A stretch of DNA of 64,000 nt, from the NCBI GenBank assembly GCA_964229355.1, contig CAXRDE010000025.1, positions 218,823 to 282,822 on the forward strand. Direction: 5' to 3'. Positions 1 through 8,345 of the stretch are shown in pieces (the stretch's first letter is position 1; each line of letters opens with the position of its first letter). The notes beneath the pieces are model-generated. The model saw only the letters and a program-made list of their open reading frames with translations. It made no database searches and was not told where the DNA came from. This DNA comes from Candidatus Sericytochromatia bacterium. Lineage in GTDB: Bacteria; Cyanobacteriota; Sericytochromatia; UBA7694. A program made the position numbers and the translations under genes.

Positions 1-515
1 ACCCCTACGATTTGGCCATTCAGGGCGATGGCTTCTTTCGGGTGATTCAGCCCGATGGCTCCATTGCCTACACCCGTGATGGTTCCTTTAAAACCGATGC
101 CAACGGCACCCTCGTCACCGACAACGGCTACCGTTTAGACCCCAATATTACCATTGCGCCGAATGCCTCAAACGTTACCATTGGCTCTGACGGCAGCGTC
201 TCACAGACCATCGCGGGCCAGACCAATATCGTGGGGCAAATTCAGCTGGTGCGCTTTACCAACCCCGTGGGCTTAAGCACCATCGGTAAAAACCTCTACC
301 AGGCCACCCCTGCTTCGGGCAACGAAGTCACCGGCATTGCCGGTACCGACCCCGGCTTTGGTTCACTGGCCCAGGGCATGTTAGAAATGTCCAACGTGCG
401 GGTAGCCGACGAAATGATTCGCATGATCGTCTCCATGCGCGCCTATGAAGCCAACTCCAAGGCCATTCAAACCGCCGACGACATGCTGCAAGTGGCCAAT
501 AATGCCAAACGTTAA
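1..515 (+). CDS. flgG: Flagellar basal-body rod protein FlgG/FlgF, 5'-truncated by the window edge
   Basis: The C-terminus ...LEMSNVRVADEMIRMIVSMRAYEANSKAIQTADDMLQVANNAKR matches the conserved flagellar rod-protein C-terminal domain. The ORF is open to position 1, so the gene starts upstream of the window. Confidence 0.75.
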   Translation, partial: PYDLAIQGDGFFRVIQPDGSIAYTRDGSFKTDANGTLVTDNGYRLDPNITIAPNASNVTIGSDGSVSQTIAGQTNIVGQIQLVRFTNPVGLSTIGKNLYQATPASGNEVTGIAGTDPGFGSLAQGMLEMSNVRVADEMIRMIVSMRAYEANSKAIQTADDMLQVANNAKR

Positions 516-546
516 GGGCGTCGCTGACGCCAGTCTGCTCCAGGCA

Positions 547-891
547 TTGTCCAGCTCACGGGCCACAGGTACCGCGAGTCACGGCAGTCAAAACACCGTT
601 TTTGAACTCAAAGGCCCTGCCCTGCAGGCAGCCCGCGAGCAAGAGCAGCTGGCAAACGTGGATCCCAAAGTGCGTCAGGCCGCCCAGGACTTTGAAGCCT
701 TCTTTTTGGGCCACCTGCTCAAAGACATGCGCAATAGCCTGCCCAAAGGGGGCCTGTTCCCCGAGTCCGGCGAAAGCCGCATGATGCAAGACATGATGGA
801 CGAAAGTCTCGCTGAGGATCTCGCCCACAAAGGCCGGGGCATTGGCCTGGCCCAGGTGCTCATGAAGCAATTGCAGCAATCCCGCAGCTAA
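547..891 (+). CDS. FlgJ-type rod-binding protein (rod-binding domain only, no muramidase domain)
   Basis: The sequence NVDPKVRQAAQDFEAFFLGHLLKDMRNS...ESGESRMMQDMMDESLAEDLA is typical of the rod-binding domain. The track ORF starts at 445 but would overlap flgG by about 70 nt, so I placed the start at an internal TTG (547). The start remains uncertain. Confidence 0.55.
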   Translation: MSSSRATGTASHGSQNTVFELKGPALQAAREQEQLANVDPKVRQAAQDFEAFFLGHLLKDMRNSLPKGGLFPESGESRMMQDMMDESLAEDLAHKGRGIGLAQVLMKQLQQSRS

Positions 892-904
892 GCGCCACAG
901 CGCC

Positions 905-2143
905 TTAGCGCATGGGCAGGGGATGTTCGCCCCGCAGCCCCGGATCGGGCGCGTCAAAGGCCTCGGTCACCAGTTCAAACACCCCATGATCAAAGGGCTG
1001 ACCCGGCGCTGCATGTTTTGGCACCAGCCGCTCGCGCAAGCCCTGTTTTTGTAAGCTTCGGGCCCGAAAATGGCAATAGGGATTATTGCCCGGTTTACCA
1101 AAGAGGGCATGGGCCGTAAAATTGCAGCCCCCCTGACACACCGCCCCAAAGGGGCATTCCCCACAAAAGCCCCACAGCTCCAGCGGCTGACGCCGAAAGG
1201 CCAGGGCATCACTCTCTTGCCAGATCTCCGCGAGGCTTTGCTCTCGCAGCGAACCGCCAATATACGCCGGTTGCAGCGAAGGGCAGCCTTTAACGGCCCC
1301 CTGCGATTCAATGCCCATAACAAATTTACCAGCCTGGCAGCCCTGAAAATGCTCCGCAGGCCGTGAAGCATCAGGCGGCAGCGGCGAGCGCAGCAAGGCC
1401 TCTTCGGGGCCAAAATACCCCAGGTTATTGCCGGGCATAATCAACAGGCCCTCTTGAAAGCCGCGCCGCTTTAAAGCCGCCAGACGGGGCACAAAGTCCA
1501 AAAGATCCCATGGTTGAAAAAGCATCTCGGGTTGGTCCGCTGCCCGCCCCAGGGCTGCGGTGATCTGCACCTGCCAACTGCGCACCCCCTGGGCCTTAAG
1601 ATGTTCATACAGCCCTTCCAGATCGGCCAGGTTCCAGCGGTTAAAGTGGGTATTGGCACTGGCCACCATGCCCGCCGCCTGAATGGCCTGCAGGGCACGG
1701 GTGGTCTGGGCAAAGCTTTGCCGGTGACGGCGAATGTGGTTGTGGGTGGCTTCTAAGCCATCAATGCTAATCGAGACCCGTTGCAGGCCCGCCTCGGCCA
1801 TGGCCTGCGCGCGCCGAGCGTCAATGCCCATGCCCCCGCTGGTCATAACAGGATTAATGCCCGCATCCCGCAGGGCAGATACGAGCGTCAAAAAGCCATC
1901 GTGCAGATAGGCTTCGCCACCAATGAGCACCACCTCACGGGTGCCCAGAGCCGCCAGTTGGGGCACCACCTGCAGGGCTTCGGCGGTGGTGAGTTCCTCC
2001 GGGCGGGGTTTAACCGCCCGCGAGCCACAGTGACGGCAGGCGTGATCGCAACGCAAGGTCAGCTCCCAGACCACATAGGCCGGATGGTAAACGTCCGCCT
2101 GGACGTCGACCCGCCGCCCTTGCAATTGCTCTGCCAGATTCAT
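905..2143 (-). CDS. Radical SAM / SPASM-domain protein (peptide-maturase-like)
   Basis: The CDHACRHC segment carries the CxxxCxxC radical-SAM cluster motif. The C-terminus has a Cys-rich SPASM-like region (CQAGKF...GCPSL...CGECPFGAVCQGGC). The start ATG (2143..2141) abuts the TAA of the upstream ORF (2144..2146). Confidence 0.85.
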   Translation of the reverse strand: MNLAEQLQGRRVDVQADVYHPAYVVWELTLRCDHACRHCGSRAVKPRPEELTTAEALQVVPQLAALGTREVVLIGGEAYLHDGFLTLVSALRDAGINPVMTSGGMGIDARRAQAMAEAGLQRVSISIDGLEATHNHIRRHRQSFAQTTRALQAIQAAGMVASANTHFNRWNLADLEGLYEHLKAQGVRSWQVQITAALGRAADQPEMLFQPWDLLDFVPRLAALKRRGFQEGLLIMPGNNLGYFGPEEALLRSPLPPDASRPAEHFQGCQAGKFVMGIESQGAVKGCPSLQPAYIGGSLREQSLAEIWQESDALAFRRQPLELWGFCGECPFGAVCQGGCNFTAHALFGKPGNNPYCHFRARSLQKQGLRERLVPKHAAPGQPFDHGVFELVTEAFDAPDPGLRGEHPLPMR

Positions 2144-2494
2144 TTAGGAAGCGGTTTCTTCAGTGGTAGCTTCGCTGCTGTCGGCTGAAGGCGCAGGCGA
2201 GGGTGAGATGGGCACACAGGGCGCTTCGGTAGTCTCGCCGTTTTCGGCGGTGGCTTCCTGGGTGGCGGTTTGCGTTTCGCTGGTTTCGGTTTCGTCGCAG
2301 GGGGGCAGGCTATTGGGTGGCGGGGCACCGTAGCAGGCGCTCAGGGTCAGGGCAGCTCCTGCGCCCAGCACCAGTTGACCCACGCGCTTGAGCGGGCGGG
2401 GCAGACCTGTACTCAGTAAGCGGGCGTCGCAGTGGGGACAGCGGGATGCATGGGCAGCGGTCAGGAAGCCTTCACAGTGGGAACATTGTTGCAT
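2144..2494 (-). CDS. Small zinc-ribbon membrane protein with acidic, Cys-containing T/E/S/P-rich C-terminal tail
   Basis: The N-terminus CSHC-x7-H-x3-CPHC is a zinc-ribbon / zf-HC2-like motif (H-x3-C-x2-C). One predicted TM helix follows (VGQLVLGAGAALTLSA). The low-complexity tail has 4 Cys. There is zero-nt spacing to the rSAM gene. Confidence 0.5.
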   Translation of the reverse strand: MQQCSHCEGFLTAAHASRCPHCDARLLSTGLPRPLKRVGQLVLGAGAALTLSACYGAPPPNSLPPCDETETSETQTATQEATAENGETTEAPCVPISPSPAPSADSSEATTEETAS

Positions 2495-2551
2495 GGGGAG
2501 TACCTCTTAAAAAACATTTACTTTTTAGTAATGGTATTATCATACGCGAAA

Positions 2552-2578
2552 GGGCGCAAGTTGTAAAGCCCTGCGCCC
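2552..2578. other. GC-rich hairpin (7-bp stem GGGCGCA/TGCGCCC, 13-nt loop) in divergent intergenic region
   Basis: Read directly from the sequence. There is no downstream T-tract, so it is not a typical intrinsic terminator. It could be an operator or RNA structure between the divergent genes. Confidence 0.3.
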
Positions 2579-2619
2579 CATAACGCTAAAGTCAACGCAA
2601 ACACAAGAGGTGATCCCCG

Positions 2620-3321
2620 ATGGAATTTAGCCCCCAAAACCCTGTGGTCAAATGCTGCCTGCAAGGCAATCCCCAGGCCGCCTGGGAACAGGCCAGCAAC
2701 GACCACGAGAAGTTTATTGCCGCCCATTTTTTGGCCCAGCAGCAGCACGCGCCCGCCCACAAGCTGCCCTGGCTCGAAACCGGTTTGCAACTGGCAAAAG
2801 CCCTGAATGACAATCGGGTACAGAGTGCCCTGCCCAGGCTGTATGACGAGCTGGCCAGCACTTACACCGCCCTGGGAGACACCGACAAAGCGCAGCACTA
2901 CCAGGCCCTGGCCGAGGGCTTTGAGGAGACCGTGGTGGATGCGGGGCCGTTTTTTCATGGCACCAAAGCCGATTTACAGCCCGGCGAAGCCCTGACCCCA
3001 GGGGGGCTCTCGAATTATCAGGCGGATTTGAAGATGAACCACATTTACTTTACGGCCCTGGCCAGCGGTGCCGGATTAGCCGCCGCCATGGCCCAAGGTG
3101 ACGGCCCGGAGCGGGTGTATCTGGTGGAGCCCACCGGCCCCTACGAAAACGATCCCAACGTCACCAACCAAAAGTTTCCGGGCAACCCCACCCGCTCATA
3201 CCGCTCCAGCCTGCCCCTGACGGTGTTGGGCGAAGTGCGCGACTGGCAAAAACAAAGCCCCGAAGAACTTCAGGCCTGGCGTGAGCGGCTGGCGAAGAGC
3301 ACGGGGGAGATTATTAATTAA
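2620..3321 (+). CDS. arr: Arr-family NAD+--rifampin ADP-ribosyltransferase domain protein with a ~100-aa N-terminal helical extension
   Basis: The C-terminal half contains PFFHGTKADL, HIYFTAL and YLVEPTGPYENDPNVTNQKFPGNPTRSYRS. These are near-identical to the hallmark Arr motifs of the mycobacterial enzyme (FYHGTKA / YIVEPTGPFEDDPNLTNKRFPGNPTQSYR). A strong RBS (AAGAGG) precedes the ATG at 2620. Confidence 0.8.
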   Translation: MEFSPQNPVVKCCLQGNPQAAWEQASNDHEKFIAAHFLAQQQHAPAHKLPWLETGLQLAKALNDNRVQSALPRLYDELASTYTALGDTDKAQHYQALAEGFEETVVDAGPFFHGTKADLQPGEALTPGGLSNYQADLKMNHIYFTALASGAGLAAAMAQGDGPERVYLVEPTGPYENDPNVTNQKFPGNPTRSYRSSLPLTVLGEVRDWQKQSPEELQAWRERLAKSTGEIIN

Positions 3322-3340
3322 GGTGGGGTTTTTGTGGGGT

Positions 3341-3397
3341 GTTAAACCCGTCGCTTAAGAGCTTCTTGCTGCGTGTTTGACCTTTACCCCGTTTAAC
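3341..3397. repeat. 57-bp element bounded by perfect 7-bp inverted repeats GTTAAAC ... GTTTAAC, immediately 3' of arr
   Basis: Seen in sequence. It is followed at 3399-3438 by an 8-bp-stem hairpin (GAGCAGTT...AACTGCTC) with a nested AAGCAA/TTGCTT stem. It marks the transition into AT-rich DNA. Confidence 0.35.
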
Positions 3398-3690
3398 GGA
3401 GCAGTTAGTTAAGCAACACATTGCTTTTCAAACTGCTCAGGGCTTACATGGCCCAAAGTTAAGTGTATTCGCTGGCGATTGTAAAATGTTAAATGTGTTA
3501 AAACACATGAAATTAGAAGACAGCCGATCGGCGACAAAACCATTGCTTTAAGTTGCCCCCTCAAACAAACAACCTGAACACAGTGATTAAACTTAAGGAC
3601 GGTAGAAATATATTGTTATGGAACAATTGTCATTTTTTATCGTCACTTAAAAAGTATATAAAACAAGCGTTCTGTTTGAAAGGTCATTTT

Positions 3691-5178
3691 ATGCGTCAAT
3701 ACCTCTTTTTCCCTCTGATATTTAGCGTAGCCTGTCAAAACACAACAGCAGTAACCCCTCCAATCCCACCTCAAGTCTCAGCATCCATGCAACCATCAGC
3801 AAATCCTGCTCCAAGCCCTTCTATCCAGGCCTCTTCACCTCCTCCCATCGAGCCTACCCCAGGCTACTCCATTTCTCCTCCAAGTACCACCCCAGAGCCA
3901 ACACCTGCTCAAACGCCAATGATGATCCCATCCTATCAGCCTCAACCTTCTGTCTGGCCTACCAATATTCAACCTCAGGGCCCTGTTCAGACACCTCTTC
4001 CCCCGGCTCATCCCGATACGCAAAACTGTAGTGTCAGTGTAAATGTGAAGTTTGAAGATTATTCCCATCCCCTTTGGTCTCCGAATAGCCAGTGGCTGAG
4101 TTTTCACAAGGCGAACCATTCATTTTTCTATGACGGAGGGACTTTTTGTGGCGAGGGCGGGGGCTACACTTTAGATAATTTGAGCTTTTTAAACCTGAAT
4201 ACCAATGAGCAAGTGATGTATCAACCGAATGTGCAAAGTATTGAACCTATCGGGTGGATGAACAACAACACCTTTTTCTTTTCACAGCCTAATGAAAATG
4301 GTGGATATTCTTATCTTCACTCTTTTTCACCCGCAAATGAAACCGTTGAAAAAGACTTAAGCTATGCCCTTATTCCAAGGATTCACGCTATCAATCAGGA
4401 TAATCAGCGGATCGCTCTCTGGGGCAGCGATACACCTCAAAAATTAAATTATGCAGTGGTAGAATATGATGCTTCTGAAAATGTACAGTCCCACTGGAAA
4501 AAGTTAAGACCGTTTACTCGAGACAGTGGTCTAGAAGCTTTAAGCTGGGTAAAAGATGAGCTTTTAATTAGCCAACTTAAAGGGACTGACTTCTCAGCAA
4601 AAATCTTTCATATCAATACCCAGGGCGAGTTACAAATGTGGTGGGATCAACCTGTACTGGCTCAACCACAGTCCGTTCTTGCAATGTTTCCCTCTCCCAA
4701 TGGTCAGCATATCGCACTGATCATGCTAAAGAAAACATTGAACAGCAAGCAATCTGGCGTGTATGATCAACAGCATTTGTATTTGGCCGAGCTGAAGCAA
4801 GGGCAAATGCACAATCTACACCGCATCATGGCACTTGAACGGGTAGGCAAAACACTGAGTTGGTCTCCAGACAGCCAATTTCTTGTTTTGTCAGAAGGCA
4901 CAGGAGAGTCCACTGAACCCTTAAATGAAAGCCTATGGATTTTAAAGCGAGAAGATGAAAGCTTAAAATCCTTATTGGCTGCTGAACCCACAAAGTATCC
5001 GGTTTACCACACCATGCCCGCCTGGTCTCCTGACGGAGAGTGGATTGCATTTGTGTCAAATCAAACCTCAGATTTTGAAAAAGACATCCAGCGTCGTCGC
5101 GATATTTTTAGAATACGCCCCAATGGTGCAGACCTGGAGCAGCTTACCCAAAGTGTCTACACGCAAACCACGCGCTAG
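3691..5178 (+). CDS. TolB-like / PD40 beta-propeller lipoprotein with Pro/Ser-rich linker
   Basis: There is a signal peptide with a lipobox (LIFSVAC|Q) and a long P/S/T-rich linker. The protein contains repeated WSPDG(E/S)... motifs (WSPNSQWLSF, WSPDSQFLVLS, WSPDGEWIAFVS). The gene is markedly AT-rich relative to its surroundings. The start was moved to an internal ATG (3691) that has an RBS. Confidence 0.7.
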   Translation: MRQYLFFPLIFSVACQNTTAVTPPIPPQVSASMQPSANPAPSPSIQASSPPPIEPTPGYSISPPSTTPEPTPAQTPMMIPSYQPQPSVWPTNIQPQGPVQTPLPPAHPDTQNCSVSVNVKFEDYSHPLWSPNSQWLSFHKANHSFFYDGGTFCGEGGGYTLDNLSFLNLNTNEQVMYQPNVQSIEPIGWMNNNTFFFSQPNENGGYSYLHSFSPANETVEKDLSYALIPRIHAINQDNQRIALWGSDTPQKLNYAVVEYDASENVQSHWKKLRPFTRDSGLEALSWVKDELLISQLKGTDFSAKIFHINTQGELQMWWDQPVLAQPQSVLAMFPSPNGQHIALIMLKKTLNSKQSGVYDQQHLYLAELKQGQMHNLHRIMALERVGKTLSWSPDSQFLVLSEGTGESTEPLNESLWILKREDESLKSLLAAEPTKYPVYHTMPAWSPDGEWIAFVSNQTSDFEKDIQRRRDIFRIRPNGADLEQLTQSVYTQTTR

Positions 5179-5232
5179 CGTATCACATGCTCCAGAACGT
5201 TTCTAATACACGTTATACACCAACAGAACACG

Positions 5233-5238
5233 TATAAT
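5233..5238 (+). promoter_or_regulatory. Candidate -10 box (TATAAT) with nearby ACACGT direct repeats upstream of hsdM
   Basis: TATAAT lies 37 nt upstream of the hsdM ATG. ACACGT motifs occur at 5209 and 5228. A -35 element is not convincing. Confidence 0.25.
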
Positions 5239-5274
5239 GTATAAAAAACGAATCACGGGGCCTGTTGCAGAACC

Positions 5275-6981
5275 ATGCAGAACATTGAACAAGCATTTTT
5301 AAACGACTTAGAAAAAAAGCTGTGGACCGCCGCCAATAAGTTACTACCGTCACTGGATGCCGCCGTGTACAAGCACGTGGTACTGGGACTGGTGTTTTTA
5401 AAGTATGTGTCCGATGCCTTCGAAGAACGCCAGGAAGAACTCCGGGACATCTTTCAGAATGAAGCCGATGACAATCTCTACGCCCTGTTGCGTGGGGATT
5501 ATGACAGCGACGAAGCCTATCAACAGGCTTTGGCCGAAGAACTGGAGCAGCGCGACTACTACATTGAGAAGAACGTGTTTTGGGTGCCCCAGAACGCCCG
5601 CTGGTCGAGCCTTCAGAAGTATGCCAAGCTGCCTGCCAATACCGAACTCTGGCAAGACGCCCAGGATAACCCCGTTAAAATGCGCTCGGTGGCCTGGCTG
5701 ATTGACACCGCCATGGAGGCCATTGAAAGAGAGAACCCCAAACTCAAAGGCATTCTCAATAAAAACTACACCACCTACCAGATTATTGACAGCAAGCTGG
5801 GCGAATTGATCGACCTGTTTTCAGACGCCCATTTTCACGCCAAAACCTACAAGGGCCAGCCCCTTGAAATGAAGTCCAAAGATATTTTGGGCCATGTGTA
5901 CGAGTACTTTCTGGGTGAGTTTGCCCTGGCCGAGGGCAAAAAGGGCGGCCAGTACTATACGCCCAAGTCGATTGTCAGCCTGATCGTTGAAATGCTCGAA
6001 CCCTACGAAGGCCGCGTGTATGACCCTGCCATGGGTTCCGGGGGCTTTTTTGTCCAAAGCGAAAAGTTTATCGAAAAGCACGCCAAAACCCGTCATTACA
6101 ACGCCGCTGAGCAAAAGAAGCGGATTTCGGTCTATGGTCAGGAGTCCAACCCCACCACCTGGCGACTGGCGGCCATGAATATGGCCATTCGGGGCCTTGA
6201 CTTTAATTTTGGCAGCCGCAACGCCGACACCTTTAACAACGACCAGCACCCCGATTTGCGCGCTGACTTTGTGATGGCCAACCCGCCCTTTAATATGAAG
6301 GAGTGGTGGAGCGAGTCACTGGCCGACGATGTGCGCTGGCAACACGGCACCCCGCCCGCAGGCAACGCCAACTTTGCCTGGCTGATGCATATGCTGCACC
6401 ATCTGGCCCCCACGGGCAGCATGGGCTTACTCCTGGCCAATGGCTCAATGTCGTCGAGTACCTCTGGTGAAGGCGAGATTCGTAAAGCCTTGCTCCAGGC
6501 CGATTTAATTGAATGCATGGTGGCCCTGCCCGGCCAGCTCTTTACCAATACCCAGATTCCGGCCTGTATCTGGTTTTTAACCAAAGACAAGGGGGCTCAC
6601 AAAGGCAAACGGGATCGCAAGGGCGAAGTGCTCTTTATTGACGCCCGCCAATTGGGATATATGAAGGACCGGGTCTTAAGAGACTTTACCGAAGAAGATA
6701 TTCAGCAGGTCTCCGATACCTTTCATGGCTGGCAAAAGGGCGAAGGTTACGCAGACCAGCCCGGCTATTGTTATGCCGCCAAGCTCGATGAGATTGAAAA
6801 ACACGACTTTGTGCTGACCCCAGGACGTTATGTGGGCGCACCTGAGGAAGAAGAGGACGACGAGCCCTTTGCTGAGAAAATGGAACGGCTGACGGCCCAA
6901 TTGGCAGAACAATTTGCCGAGAGTGCGACCTTAGAAGCCGAGATCAAGCAGAATCTGGCGGGGCTGGGGTATAGCTTATGA
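5275..6981 (+). CDS. hsdM: Type I restriction-modification system DNA methyltransferase subunit HsdM
   Basis: It has an N6-adenine methyltransferase motif I (DPAMGSGGFF) and motif IV (MANPPFN). The length and layout are typical of HsdM. Confidence 0.95.
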   Translation: MQNIEQAFLNDLEKKLWTAANKLLPSLDAAVYKHVVLGLVFLKYVSDAFEERQEELRDIFQNEADDNLYALLRGDYDSDEAYQQALAEELEQRDYYIEKNVFWVPQNARWSSLQKYAKLPANTELWQDAQDNPVKMRSVAWLIDTAMEAIERENPKLKGILNKNYTTYQIIDSKLGELIDLFSDAHFHAKTYKGQPLEMKSKDILGHVYEYFLGEFALAEGKKGGQYYTPKSIVSLIVEMLEPYEGRVYDPAMGSGGFFVQSEKFIEKHAKTRHYNAAEQKKRISVYGQESNPTTWRLAAMNMAIRGLDFNFGSRNADTFNNDQHPDLRADFVMANPPFNMKEWWSESLADDVRWQHGTPPAGNANFAWLMHMLHHLAPTGSMGLLLANGSMSSSTSGEGEIRKALLQADLIECMVALPGQLFTNTQIPACIWFLTKDKGAHKGKRDRKGEVLFIDARQLGYMKDRVLRDFTEEDIQQVSDTFHGWQKGEGYADQPGYCYAAKLDEIEKHDFVLTPGRYVGAPEEEEDDEPFAEKMERLTAQLAEQFAESATLEAEIKQNLAGLGYSL

Positions 6982-8345
6982 GCATGCACCCGCTGGCTGC
7001 AGAAATTGCCGCCGGAGAGCATAAGGGCCTTGAATTTAAAACCCAATTGCCGCAAAGGTCGCAAATTGCCAAAACGGTGATTGCTTTTGCCAATACCGGC
7101 GGCGGCAAAATTGTGCTGGGTGTTGACGATCAGCGGCAGATTATTGGACTCAAGGATACAGATATTTTTGAGTTACAAGATCGCATTAGCTCAATCATTG
7201 CTGACAGCTGCTCACCGGCATTACTGCCTGAGCTTTACACCGTCAACTTATCGGGGCAACTGGTGCTGGTGATCGAAGTCTTTAGAGGCTCAGCGCCGCC
7301 TTATTACCTCAAAAAAGAAGGGCCTGAACAAGGCGTTTATGTGCGCCTGGGGGCCACCACCCGCCGCGCCGATCGGGTTCAGATACAAGAACTAGAGCGA
7401 CAGCGTTTAAACCTGAGCTTTGACGAGGAGCCCAGCTTTGAATTTGAGCTGGAGGTATTGGATTTGAGCCCGCTCAACGCACGGTGTGCAGATAAGCAGA
7501 TTGTACTCGATGACGCCGCCTTGCTAAACCTTAAATTGGTGGTCAAAGCCCAGGGCGTGCTGCGCCCCACGCAAGGGCTGGTGCATGTGCTGGGGCTATT
7601 GGACCATACAGAAATCCAATGCGCGCGCTTTAAAGGCACAGATATGTCTTTATTTATTGACCGCAAAACCTATAGCGGCGATCTGTTCTCACAACTGGAA
7701 GCCGCCGAGCAGTTCTTATGGAATCATTTGCCCCTGCGGGGAGAGATCACGGGCTTACAACGTACCGACACGCTAGAAATTCCCCCCGTGGCCCTGCGAG
7801 AAGCATTGGTGAATGCAGTCGTACACCGCGATTACACCCGCCGGGGCAGTAATATTAAAGTGGCGGTGTTTGATGACCGGGTGATGATCCTTTCACCAGG
7901 GGCACTGCTCCATGGCCTGAGCACAGTGGACTTTAAAGCGGGCCGCTCTGAACTGCGTAACCGTACCCTGAGCCGCTTGTTTAAAAAGCTAGGCCTGATT
8001 GAACAGTGGGGCAGCGGCTTTCAGCGGATGAAAGAAGCCTGCGAAAGTCAGGGGTTATTGGCTCCTGAAATTTGCGAAGATGACACGTTCTTTGAAGTGG
8101 TGTTTCGACGGAAAAAAGTATCGGATAGCACCACAAAAGTATCGGAAAAAGAACAGCAAATTTTAATCTTTTTAGCTGCCCAAAAGCAAATTACTTCAGC
8201 ACAGGTTATGGACCTTACCGGCTTAAAAGAAGCCCGCGCTCGCAGAATCTTAAAAGAAATGTGTGAAAAGCATTTATTAGTTCGACAGGGAAAAGGTCGA
8301 AGCACATCGTACAAAATCAATTTAAAAAATGGTCAAAACAAATGA
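6978..8345 (+). CDS. AlbA_2 (Schlafen-like 'divergent AAA') + HATPase_c-like + C-terminal wHTH ATP-binding protein, embedded in the Type I RM operon
   Basis: The N-terminus (EHKGLEFKTQLP...AFANTGGGKIVLGVDD) matches the AlbA_2 domain. The middle region is histidine-kinase-like ATPase fold. The C-terminus is winged-helix. Its ATG overlaps the hsdM stop (ATGA). Confidence 0.75.
   Translation: MSMHPLAAEIAAGEHKGLEFKTQLPQRSQIAKTVIAFANTGGGKIVLGVDDQRQIIGLKDTDIFELQDRISSIIADSCSPALLPELYTVNLSGQLVLVIEVFRGSAPPYYLKKEGPEQGVYVRLGATTRRADRVQIQELERQRLNLSFDEEPSFEFELEVLDLSPLNARCADKQIVLDDAALLNLKLVVKAQGVLRPTQGLVHVLGLLDHTEIQCARFKGTDMSLFIDRKTYSGDLFSQLEAAEQFLWNHLPLRGEITGLQRTDTLEIPPVALREALVNAVVHRDYTRRGSNIKVAVFDDRVMILSPGALLHGLSTVDFKAGRSELRNRTLSRLFKKLGLIEQWGSGFQRMKEACESQGLLAPEICEDDTFFEVVFRRKKVSDSTTKVSEKEQQILIFLAAQKQITSAQVMDLTGLKEARARRILKEMCEKHLLVRQGKGRSTSYKINLKNGQNK

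Noticed and set aside
887-910. Possible bidirectional terminator hairpin (CTAAGCGCC...GCGCCTTAG) between the convergent rod-binding and rSAM genes
   Set aside because: The stem is imperfect (about 5 bp plus mismatches) and there is no flanking T/A tract. It is too weak to call.
381-957. Several overlapping ORFs (381..566 -, 556..957 -, 602..784 +, 675..863 -) across the flgG/rod-binding-protein region
   Set aside because: They are antisense or alternate-frame shadows of the two well-supported flagellar genes in GC-rich DNA. They have no motifs and no independent start context.
967-2328. ORFs 967..1413 -, 1070..1366 +, 1471..1713 -, 1514..1756 +, 1781..2188 +, 2140..2328 - overlapping the rSAM gene
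   Set aside because: The radical-SAM/SPASM frame carries the diagnostic Cys motifs over its full length. The others are high-GC shadow ORFs.
2518-2995. ORFs 2518..2958 -, 2592..2861 - and 2807..2995 + overlapping arr
   Set aside because: They are shadow ORFs in other frames or on the opposite strand of the motif-rich Arr reading frame.
3341-3440. Integron attC site or gene cassette downstream of arr
   Set aside because: Inverted 7-mers and hairpins are present, but the 7-mers do not fit the RYYYAAC/GTTRRRY consensus. There are no extrahelical-base or L-box features I can verify by eye, and no intI or attI is in the window. I kept it only as a structured repeat.
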